NCBI GenBank assembly: GCA_051362555.1
Contig: CM120644.1
Span: forward strand, 1,992,954-2,056,953
DNA length: 64,000 nucleotides
Direction of reading: 5' to 3'
From: Lingula anatina
Taxonomy: Eukaryota; Animalia; Brachiopoda
In this document: one piece after another, positions 52,326 to 64,000 of the stretch
How the letters are laid out: each line of letters begins with the position of its first letter
Numbering within the stretch: position 1 is the first letter of the stretch
Translations under genes and position numbers: made by a program
The notes under the pieces: generated by a model
Databases searched by the model: none
What the model saw: only the letters and a program-made list of their open reading frames with translations
Told to the model about the DNA's origin: nothing

Positions 52326-54172
52326 GCCTTTAATACAACACTAGGTGTAAAACAAGGTGACACATTGAGCCCATTTCTTTTTAATATTTTTATTGATGAC
52401 CTTCTTAGATCAATTGATGGCGAAAGTGCTGCAAGTCCAGATATAAATGGAATACCAATACAAGGTTTACTCTATGCTGATGACCTCATCCTTATGTCCA
52501 AGACCCCCAATGGGCTAAGGCAAAGTTTGGAAATAGTAGAAAATTTATATAACAAGTGGAGACTGACTGAAAATGTCACCAAAACTAAAATAGTTATTTT
52601 CAACTCAAAATCAAAAGCTCACAGTGAAAAATTTTTTCTGTATGGAAAACCAATCCAAGAGGTCAACAAATACATGTATCTAGGTCTCCTTCTAAATCGA
52701 TCAGGAAGCTTTACAGAAACCAAAAATAATCTCCTACAACGTGCTACAAAGGCATTCTTCAGTCTGTCTAAGTCTCTTCCACTTCAGAGTAATGTTAACA
52801 CATCCTTAAAAGAGAAATTATTTGATACCCTCATTTCCCCAATCCTTACATATTGCTGAGATATATGGGGCTACTCGGTGTCAACGGATAACTGCCCTAC
52901 AGAAAAGTTGCACTTAAAATTTTGCAAAAAAATCCTTGGCCTCCATCAAAACGTATCAAACTATGGTGTATACACTGACCTTGGCCGCCTTCCCCTCTAT
53001 ACCAAAATACAGTTTGCATCTGTCAAACTATGGTGTAAAATTATTCAAATGTCTGATGCTACACTAATGAAACAAGCGTACATACAAGAGATAAATAGTT
53101 ACAAGTTGCTGACACCCTATGTCCCACCCGCAGTCCACACACTCAGACCAGCTTGTATGTCATGGTCTGAGGGTATCCGAAAGATCCTTTTCACATTTGG
53201 CCTTGGTGATGTGTGGCTTAGCCAGTCACCTCCAAAAAACTTCACCACAATTTTCAAACAAAGACAAATTGACCAAATATGCAATAGCAAACTTCAAGCC
53301 AACAGTAAATTATCTCTCTTCCGTATACTTAACCAAAAGTGTGAAAGGGCAACTTATGTTGATAAAATAACAAATTACGACACCTTGTCAACCCTTGCTA
53401 AACTACGTCTTAGTGACCATAAACTCCACATCGAAACTGGGCGGCACACCAGGCCAAAAACTGAAAGGTGCGACAGAATCTGTCGCCTGTGCACACAAGG
53501 GGTAATTGAGGATGAATACCATTTTATATTCCAATGCCCAATGTACAAATCAGACCGAGTCACCTTTTTCAGTAAAACCTCATTCCTAAAAGCTGATTCA
53601 AGGTCACCAGACAGTCAATTATGCCATGTATTTAACAGTGCCAACAAAGATACTTTAGTGTCCCTCTCCAACTTTATAATCAAATCATTCAAGAAAAGAA
53701 GTGAAGTGGTTGCTCTGCTTGGTAACTCTTAGCATATCCCTTAAAATGTCAGTGTATGGTCCCACTGTTGTGAGAAGTGACTCAGCAGTGGGACTGAACA
53801 TGGCACAATATTTATATCTGTGTAACTTATTTACTTATCTGTCTTATGTAATTGTCATTAATTGTAATTATCAATGTCATCAAACAGCCATGTAAACAGC
53901 TATGTAACAGTGGTTTTAAGTTTTTTTAAAAACATATTCTTTTTGTGTAACATGTTTATAGTATGTTTATGGTAAATTTATAATCACACCAAGGTTTATC
54001 TCATTGCTTAGATAGAATATTTTATGAGTAATTTTACTAGTACTTATCTTCATTATATAAAGATGGTAATGCACTAACTGTATTGTATCATCATTTGTAT
54101 TTCATATTGTACAAGGTCATGACAATCTATGTACCAGTACAGAAATAAATTGAAATTGAAATTGAATTGAAT
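52326..54172 (+). mobile_element. 5'-truncated non-LTR retrotransposon (RTE-X-like LINE) with a premature stop
   Basis: GVKQGDTLSPFLFNIFIDDL, LLYADDL, YMYLG; in-frame TGA at 52857-52859; C-terminal KLRLSDHKLHIETGR..ICRLC..EDEYHFIFQCP. 3' tail AATAAA followed by (TTGAAA/TTGAA)n at 54145-54172. Confidence 0.88.
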
Positions 54173-54534
54173 TAATTATTTTCAGTTTAGAATTCATTTT
54201 AGTATTTTAGAAATATTTTGTATTGATTTTCTGTAGCGATACTACAACTGCGGAGACATTGTGAACCACGTGTACTGAGTAGTAGTCGGACAGACCACGT
54301 GTAATTACAGACCCGTGCGCGTTGAGCCTTATGTTGTAATTAGAATACAGAATATAATTTAGTGAGTTAATTTACAAAGAAAAGCATTTATTTAAAATAA
54401 AGGTTTCAAATCTGTGTTATTCACTGACTTGCTGAATGAAGGAGTGAGTGTGAATTGTTTATAGTGTATATTTTTATTAATATTGCAATAGCATATATTG
54501 ATATAGTACTATTCTACCTTGTTCGTCTATGTTA

Positions 54535-54649
54535 GCTACCGTTTGTGTGTCTGAACATAACACAGGGTTGCCTTGGTACTAGGTTTGTTGTATTAAAATG
54601 GCGGCGGCAACGTTTAGATCATAATAAGGATAACTGCCATCAAAATTAC

Positions 54650-54682
<33 letters not shown>

Positions 54683-55110
54683 TATAAGAAATATAATTAT
54701 AATACTAGTTCCCTTAAATTTCCAGATTTCTGATAGCTATAGGCACAAATTGAAGTTGTTTTATCGACACAATGCACACGAAGCAGCCGGTGCAGATTTC
54801 ACCAAGGTGTAAGAGTAACACAAACAACCCTACTACTATTCAATAAACTGATTTTACCTGTGGCACAAAGACCCTTACATTGTGTCTTTTGGCTAAAGAT
54901 AACGTTCAGGTCAGGCTTTGTTGGTACCCTGTATAGTGTGAGCCTGCAAACAGAAGTAGGTTTTTAATGCAGGATAAATGTTTGCTACCGTTTGTGTGTC
55001 TGAACATAACACAGGGTTGCCTTGGTTCTTGTGTTGTTGTACTAAAATGGCGGTGACAACGTTTAGATCAAAATAAGTATGAATACTAGAAATAATAATA
55101 ATAATAACAA
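54535..55110. repeat. Direct repeat pair of about 140 bp
   Basis: GCTACCGTTTGTGTGTCTGAACATAACACAGGGTTGCCTTGGT at about 54535 and 54983, each followed by a (TAA)n tract. Confidence 0.8.
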
Positions 55111-57794
55111 TACTTGTTCTCTTCAATTACAACCAAAGGGTTGAACTAGTATAGTAGCCTAATGTATTGACGGTAAACTAACGGAATATCAAAACTGCAC
55201 ACGATCAACGTTGATTTAGCACTACATGTACATATACCCATTTTAATCGTATATGATGTTTTTCCATCCATATAAATACGTCAAAAATGGTTTCTTAATG
55301 GATAATGGTATTAAGAATATCAATCACAGCTTAAACATACAGAACAACCATAAAGACAAGTCATATGTTGGTTGCATGACGACGTTATTTAAAGGTACAT
55401 ACGAACAGAACATCGGTGGAGTGTGGATTCCGAGTAACACATGTAAACCACTTCTACTAGATTCTTATATGACTCAAATAAATTCGCCATGCCAAGGGAT
55501 AAACTGAATAGATCACTCAATCACCCATAAAAGACCTTTAGACTGCTCCTTTCTTTAAATTTATGGTTGTAAATTTAACCTACATCTGTGACCTACTTTC
55601 CTGCCCCATTGACATACAGCTTAGAAAGCCAGCAGAAAAATCTGTTCAAACATCATTTCCAGGTAAAATTAAACAATGCCTTTTGGTAATTCTCTTAGTT
55701 ATACTACTTTAAACTATATGCTGGCATATGGTTGGTTTTTGTGACAAAAAAATTGACTTTGTATGCATCTTTAAAAGGAGACCCCATAGTAACCAATACT
55801 CTTATAGTATTACCGTGGATGTGCAGCGCGCGTTTTACATATACGTTGTAAAAAAGACTTGGACATGATTGTAATTTGTTTCATATAAAATAATCTATAA
55901 CATTTATAAAATTCAGTCTGTTAAAAAACAAACTTCAATTCGCCAAAAGGCACTAGCAATTATGATACCCTGGTAATAGAATACATATTGAAAGATTCTT
56001 AGTGAACGGTGCAGGTCGCTTCAAGCATCTGGTTGCTCACCTAGTTAACTCCAGGTTTTTTAGTGAACTGCGACGTTGGATATTTCTTACAAGAACGATA
56101 CATTATAAGCATGTCGTATTGTTCGGTAACCGCTTTACACCAGTGTGGATGGCGTTCACTCTATAGGGACTATATAAAGAAAGTCTGTTCACTTCTCCTC
56201 TAGCCTTTAAGACCTTCAGAAGAGTACTGTATAAAAATAAGTTTGAATTACAATTGTGAAACGATATTTAGTCTGCTCCTCTTCACACATGCAACCCCAC
56301 AAATAAAAACGTCTACACTATGTTGTTTGGGGATTATATATTAAATAATACGTTTTTTCAGACGTAAAAATAACGTAATTTGGCACTGTCACAGTTATTC
56401 AATTTTAGCTTATAAAATTACTTTATTTCATTTATTAGAGGTATTCACAATAAAAGCAACCTTCATCGGCCATATTTCGACCATCATACTTGTGTTTGTC
56501 ACTTTAATGCTTTTTCCACACCATATCGAACCTGTTTTGATCAAGGAGACATAAATGTCTATTAAGAGTGTTGGTAAGCGTCGTATCAAAGATGGCTCAT
56601 ATGCTGGATGGACGATTTTACCAGGGTGCTACCTCAAAATGACAAGTATAAAAAATACATGCTTATCACACCTAACGGGGACAACGACGCAGAGCAGATA
56701 GCTAACACTGGTCGATCCGAGGTCGACCGTTGTCGAGGTGGGAATCGGCAAAGGATTCACCGTCAAAAGGCGCCAGTGGTCCAACGTCGGCCTGACTTTA
56801 AGCCACCGGCGCATTGCTGTCTCAAGTAGTTTGTTACGTATTTTACATTAAAACAGCTCTTTTAGTAGTCAAGTTATGATGTATGTATATAATTTATGAG
56901 GAAAGTGCTCTTTTTTCCCATTTCATGCCACTATATATTGCCTTTAAATATGCATCTGCTTATTAACTTGGCAACGGCATGCATAACTATTTTCATGTAA
57001 TTTTACCTACTGTAGTGATAACTCCCTATTGATCTTACCCTGTATATGATTTCGGTTGTCGCCTAGATGTCAATAATCGCTGCTGTGTCTTATAACACTG
57101 TTGACTGCCTTCATCTTAAATGCATTTATCACTGTTACCTAACGATCAACCGATCATAACATTGGAGCATTCTCCTTCTTTGATCATGCCCCGGTGACGA
57201 CAACAAAAACGCGAGTTTTGATTGGTTAGAACATCTTCATTGTTTAAAATAGATCATGTGGTTTCTTTTCACACGTTAGCAACTATTTTTTTCCGAGAAG
57301 ATGGTGGGCATTCTCCTTATACCAACCTTAATATCGTCATTATAAAATAAACAAAAACAAGACAAGTGCCTGTCATTCTACATAACTGAAGGTCTCATTG
57401 CTGTACTTTAGCATCAATTATTTATCAACTCTTCTCATTCCTTTCCACTTATCTGAAGAAAAAAAGAAAAGAAAAACATAGCGCATGTACATCACCGTCT
57501 TTGAGGACGACTCATTCAAGAGTGATTTTTGGATTATTTTAGAGTGTATTTCTAAATTGAAATTGAACTTTTCGATTTCCTCAAATCGTTTTGATGGACG
57601 GAAGTAAGGGAATCGTGCATACATTTATTTGAAACATTTCAGCTGATATATTTATGGTATATATACTTTGAAAATTTTCAGGGTGTTCATACATTCGCGA
57701 GGAACTTTTTAGAAATTAGAAATTTGCCTGGCTGAATTATGGTTCTAAACCGTACCAAATGGCACCGTGCGCCATCTACCTCCGAACCCCACGC

Positions 57795-57837
<43 letters not shown>

Positions 57838-59099
57838 TGGGAGGGGGGGGGGGAGTCGGCTTCGCAACTGCGAACCCCCCTTCCTGGGTAGCCATATATA
57901 TGTTAAACAAAATCGTGAAATTCGCTGCTTTGTACTGGTTAAGTGGTATAAGATAGTGATCAGTTTTTAATGTAAAATATATCAGAACATGTAATCATGG
58001 AAATGGGTAAGGTTGACGACAAGATTGTGAACTAAAGTCCGGTACCAATAAATATGAGAAAAAATAAATAAATAAATAAATAAATAAATAAACGTTATCT
58101 AAAACTAAGTCTAAGGAGGAAGCGCAAACAATCCCAATGATGTTTAATGAAATGATGCTGACTTGTAATGTGAATTATCTGTCTGTTTTACGTACAGTCC
58201 GTCGGCTTCAAACATTACTGGATATCAATATTTGTGTTAGCAGTGGTTATTGATCAAACCACTTACATTGTTTACCAAGCATGCTGTAGGGACTGTTTAG
58301 CCTAAGTGCCGATTAAGCTATTAAAAAAACACGAGGTATGACAAGAAGAGATTTGATAGCTTTTTACAAGCTTTTTTCTTTGTTTGCCAGATCTGAAATG
58401 TAAACATATACCAGCTTATATATGAGTGTTGTTGGTTACGGACGTTTGCATTACCGATGCAAACTTGCCATGCTTTTACAGAGAATTCAATGGTGTCTTT
58501 GCACGGGACGCAGTAGCATAACACTTTCATAGTGGGGGAGGGCGGGTAATGCCTACGTTTTGTACTAGCCCCTTGAATGGATCTAAAATACATAACGGTG
58601 TTTTTTATAATCCTAAATCTCCTCTAACTAACTAACTAACTAACTAACTTATTCACATCGATACAATCGATACAAGCAGGTAGAATATACAAGTGCATTT
58701 ATTGTGTTTAAGGGGGGGGGGGGCATTGATATCCATAGCTCTACATTTGACAAAATAACTTTTTTCATATTTCATCTATATATGTGAAATACTTATCTTA
58801 ATATAACTGCTGTAAAATAAACAGAGCACAACCTCCGTTCTGTTGCTTTATTCACAACCCCTAGGCTCTGCATGCACATTAGTAGCCAAGTGTTAAACAA
58901 AATCGTATAACATGTCAGAATATGTTATCATGGAAATGGGCGACAAGATTGTGAACTACAGTCCGGTACCAATAGATCTAAGAAAAATAAATTAATAAAT
59001 GAATACATAAAGGTAAATTATTTAAAACTAATACGTCACTGCTATGTGACTAAGAGGGAAGGGCGAACAAACTCAACGATATTAAAAAAGAATTAGACC

Positions 59100-59971
59100 A
59101 AGTTGCAATGTGCCTTGTCTCTCTCTTTGCACATATAAACTGTGGGCTTCAAATATTACTGAACGGCAATATTTGCGCTAGCTGGGGTTCATTGATTAAA
59201 CTGCTTGCTGTAGGAAATGACTGGCCTAAGTGCCGATTAAGCTATAAAAGAACCATGAGGCATGACAAGAAAAGAGTTGAAAAATTTTCAGGCGACTCTT
59301 TGTACGCCCGATCTGCATTTGTCATCAGATACCAGCACCATAGACGAGTGTTGTTGGTAACGGGCGTTTGCATTAACCCTTCAAACTTGCCGTGCTTCTA
59401 TAGAGACCTAAAGGTGCCTTTTGTACGGGACGCAGTGACCTATCACCTTCATAGTGCCTTTATAGTTTTCGGCATATGTTGTTATGTAAATAATAGGAAT
59501 GAAAACTATGAAATGACAATAGAAGAACGAAAGAAGTGCGAATCAATTTTAAGAATTATAACTATGTAAATTAATTTATGCACTAATAAAAATTATGCAT
59601 CCTTGTATTTTGAAAGTATTTGATGTACTTTGCCTGTCTTTCCTACGAGATTTTCTAGCCCTCTGCTTTATTGGGTTTAGTCTTAGCTATGAATCAAGAT
59701 ACTTATATGGTCGTCATCTGAGTGTTTCCTCGCTCAGCAGTTCCCCCATGTCTTCAGACAGAAGCGGGCACTCTACACTGGGTCTACTGAATGACTGGTA
59801 CACCTGATTCACGGCACCAGTATAAGGAATTGTGGATTCTTTTTAAGTGTCGGTGATAGAAAAGTCTGGAACGCGATTTTGCTTGAAAGAATTCAACATG
59901 GTCAGCCAAGATTAAATTTGGGGTTAAGAAGCAGCTTAAAAGACAAAAGTCTTATTCAGTGCTATGAACAT

Positions 59972-60018
<47 letters not shown>

Positions 60019-61040
60019 TCATTGAGTATTTTAAAAAATGTGTACAGCTACATTATACAAGATCTGTAAACTACAGTTTTACATACATTTGCACATAAGC
60101 TGAAATAAGTATAACTACTTTAGATCATTATAATACCAAAACACATATAAGCTAACTACTTCAGACATATAGCTCGCAATAGTACAACACTGAATATAAT
60201 ACTGAATATAGTATTATGTAAAATATGCATTTGCTACATTAGCATAACTGACCGTATAAACTTGGCCACTGCTGATGCACTACATATATCTTTCAAGATT
60301 ATCAATTATATACGCCATGAAAACATAAGCAGTTTTGGGTTTTAGGAAATATTGTCTCTTCTTTGTGAATCACATCATAAGTAATAGACATTTTGAAAAG
60401 TTTAAACTGCCTAAGGCAAGTTAAGTAGTACATTGAATCAATTTAACACAATCGGCCCTGTAATGTACACGTCAGGGTTGAAAACGAGACCTATACAAGC
60501 ACTGCTCCGCCTAATACTAAGACCAGTCTTTAACTTTTTAAATGAAATGCTCATGGTCTCTCATCCAATTGAAGTGTTCCATTAGCTGACATTGATAAAA
60601 GTGGGTAGAGCAAACGGCTCTTTTATGATTGCCGTGGCACCATACAACCACATTTTAACGCCTAAGATTTGTTCTAGCAGTTTCGTGACTCAAGTCACTT
60701 CAGGTTGCACGGCAACGTTAATCCAAAGAATAGTCCTCAATAATAACTTTTCATATTTTTACATCATTCACTTTTTAGAAAATAAAACCTGGAATCAATT
60801 CAAAAAACAAAAGTTCACCATTCGCTTATAAATTGTTATCTACTTGTTTTTTTAAACAACCACAAGTTACTACAGATTTAGCACAGCTTCAAAATTAATT
60901 ACCCGGGATTATTATACCACAATGATAACATGCTTCTCAACTATTCACTAAAGTGCTTCTGGCTGACTCTTAATCCGTCTCTATCTATGACAGATGGTAT
61001 AGCGAGAAAGTCAAAAATTAAAGCGTGCTTGACCAAACCT
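59100..61040. repeat. Uninterrupted copy of a locally duplicated segment (interrupted copy 45917-47002 + 51089-51920; partial copy about 57900-58530)
   Basis: Colinear similarity, including GTCGTCATCTGAGTGTTTCCTCGCTCA, a (TAA)n tract and TGTAAAATATGCATTTGCTACATTAGCATA. Confidence 0.88.
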
Positions 61041-64000
61041 GCCTATCAGAATTGACAGTATTATTCTTGCACTGGGTGGCGGCAAAAAGAAAATAATCTG
61101 CGCCACTGTCCAGATAAATATCGACATAAGAATCTGTCCATGCAATAAAACAGAGATAAACGCTCCACCTTGTCTGCGTGTCAAACCAAGAATTCACGTT
61201 AGTTAATTTGTGCATGGGAACGTCACAAAACACAATTAGCGGTATACTCCAAATCGACACTTAGAACCAAAAACTGCGCTCTTATAATTTTGGGAAATAC
61301 CATTATTTACAGAGATGAAATAGTAGCACAGTGTTGCACGATCCATGTATTATTACGCACGGTTTGCATGTGTCAACAAACTGATGTAACGGTTTGTAAG
61401 GTATCATAGAAAAGAATCCGTATACGTTCTAAATCTCTGCAGATTATTCGTAAGATACGTGTTGCCTTTTATTTTAGTGCCCCGCTCCTAAGATGGGTAA
61501 CAATGGCACCTACCTGTCATAGGAATTCTTGGAGATCACAGATTTATCAGTGGAGGTCGCCTGATATGTCTAACTGTTCCGTCATCCCTGAACATCTCTT
61601 AGTGAAACTACAAGGGCGAGTATTCGTTTTATCAATAGTGCGTTCTTTATAAGTTTGTCGTTTTGTTTGATGACCTCCTTAAACCAATGTGCATAGCGTG
61701 CCCTCTATCTACGAACCGGTCTGTTTGTCTCACCTTCAACGTACGTTAAAGACACTAGTACGTGTACTACTGTTGTGTAATAAAATTAGATTAAACTCAG
61801 ATAATTGTACATGACAACTGGTTCAGAGGCCGAGAAACAGACACGTACATGTACTCTATCGTTCCTTTGTCAAGATCTAATTAGTTCTTAATTGCTTCAC
61901 ATAGTTAAAGTATACGTGCAATCCTGGAGGAGATTGAAAGGCATAAGAATGTGTGATATCTACTTCTCCAAAGCAATCGCAATCTTGTGGCTTTAATTTC
62001 TATTTGTGTGACATATTACATTACATGTACAAAGGATGCGTGTTTGCGTTGTAGAAGAAACATAAATAATTTGCAGTTCCACTATACCAATTTGATTTTC
62101 ATCAAAAATAACAATACAGATCTGTCAAATATATTTCTCAATGAATTATTATCAACGTCAGCGCTTAATTTGAGCTGGTTCGGATCACGTCCTGAGTCCA
62201 GACGTGTTCTTCTCTTAGGTGATCATGGTGGAAGGGAAATTAACCGCATCCGACCTTGGTCGTCTGCTAATGAATTACATGAAGTGACATGAAGTGACAT
62301 GAAGTGTTAAATTTGAAATGCAATGGTCAATTTTGCATGGAATATTCTTATTTATAAAATTTAAACACTCAATCTCAAAACTTCGAATTAAATAAAAAAG
62401 GAATTATGAAAGATGAACAGCTGGCGTACCCGCAATATAAAGTGAAATAAAAATAAAGCTAAGTTAACAAGCAGCGTCTGGTTTTGAACCAAAACTCTAC
62501 GAATCAGTGGTCAAACTAACAATATGATATGATATACTAAAATGCTTTGTTTTATCTTATGCAAACAATATCCGATGGCTATATATAGAGACGGAGTACA
62601 TAGACATTTTTAATTACAAGGGGTGAACTTCCAAGCCGAAAGCACATTGAGCATTTTGTCTATTTTACACACAGTACATATAAAATGATATGCGTACGTA
62701 CATGTTGTAACTTCAAACACGTACCTAAGCTTTCATCTGACAATTGCACACAGAAGACAATTTCATAAAAAAAGAAAAACATGTTATTTGATCGGCTACA
62801 TAACAGGGGGCGACTCGTGTGGTACTGTAACTACTACAAATATGACGGTGCTGATAGGACTTACTTGTATGACGATGCTGATAGGACTTACTTATGTCCC
62901 GATTTTGTTAACACACGACAACAGGTTTGGGACGAAAAAAAGCCAAGACATGTATGCACTCCTTGCACATATAGCACTGTATAGTAATTGTTCACTGTGA
63001 AAAGGGGCCAAATGTTTAAATTGTCTATCGATCTGCTCAATGGACCATCGGCATGTGAATACAACCTCTTTGAGCGTCTTGGGAGTCCACCAATCTTCAG
63101 CGGCTTGAGGGCCCACTCCCCCCCCCCCCCCCCCCCCCGAGGAAGAACGCAAGTTGAGTAGGTGATCACTGTGGCAGTCCCACGATGAAATGCCTGATAT
63201 TAAAACCGACTGACAGTTATATAAGTTGATAAAAGGACATTTGTGATGCCACAGTAAGGCTTATTGCCGAGAGAAATGAAGTCAGACCAAGGATGCGCCA
63301 TCACTAAACAAAGACGTTTTATCTCTACTCTGAGCAGGTGTTGAAGAAATGATTGAGGTGTAAAGTGCGGATCAAAAGAATCAATAAAAGTGATTTTCCA
63401 GCCCACAGTCTAATGTTTGACTTCTTGTGAGAATGCAAGGTTCTTTTAGGACGAGAGCACTTTTGACTTTGAACCAAGATATATCCGAGAACAAAAAGGG
63501 CCAATAAATTTGTAGAGGGGCACTTAATAAAGACAAGTACTGTGCTTGATTTATAGCGATAAAAAGATGTCATTTGTTTTATAACAACAGACATTTTTCT
63601 CTTTTACTGGACTTATTTTACTAATTTGTTTTTAAGCAAAATATATCACCGTTAAGGAATTCAAGGTTATGCCAAAACAATTCCTAAGCTCTTTCCGGAC
63701 AACCGCCCCCAGTTGTTGAATTGCCTGCTTCGTGGTAGAGGGCTCATCGTCGCCGTTAGTCAGATTAAATCCCAATTAGGCCTGATGCGGCACAGTCGTT
63801 ATAGGCACGCACAGGTAAGATCTGCACGCGATGTCCGGTTATCTGTTACGCAATCATGGCCCACATTGCTCTGAGGTGTGGTGAAGAAATGCAATATTTT
63901 GAAAATCCGTAGCCGTTTTTCTACAATAATACATAATAACTTTAATTTTAGGACAGTTTACTATGTTTTCATTAGATATCCCCCGTGTGCTTGAAGGGTG

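Noticed and set aside
51920-54450. Possible LTR split by the LINE insertion
   Set aside because: LTR-like texture only; no second copy, PBS or TSD found.
63000-63830. GC-richer patches checked for tRNA/SINE or ribozyme structure
   Set aside because: No convincing A/B boxes, cloverleaf or catalytic core.

Overview
AT-rich, intron- and repeat-rich eukaryotic DNA, most likely from a marine invertebrate (inference from gene and repeat families). Three host genes can be built from splice sites. Two are paralogous, divergently transcribed Ser/Thr kinase genes (minus, <153-6152, running off the window; plus, 10242-18750, 676 aa). In both, a STK35/PDIK1L-like kinase domain is fused to Mind bomb REP/SH3-type repeats, and a cluster of NF-kB-like sites lies between them. 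The third is a kinase-less Roco gene (minus, 30362-36142, about 1794 aa): N-myristoylation motif, about 40 LRRs in alternating 46-aa units, Roc-COR, and two CARD-like C-terminal domains joined across a GC-AG intron. Mobile DNA includes an intact, recent Penelope-like element with a 185-bp terminal hairpin and variant-core hammerhead motifs, nested in a foldback-like element. There is also a decayed DIRS/PAT-type tyrosine-recombinase retroelement, a non-autonomous split-direct-repeat element whose empty paralogous site is in the window, a 5'-truncated RTE-X-like LINE, many MITEs, tandem arrays and microsatellites. All domain and family calls come from motif recognition by eye; no searches were run.
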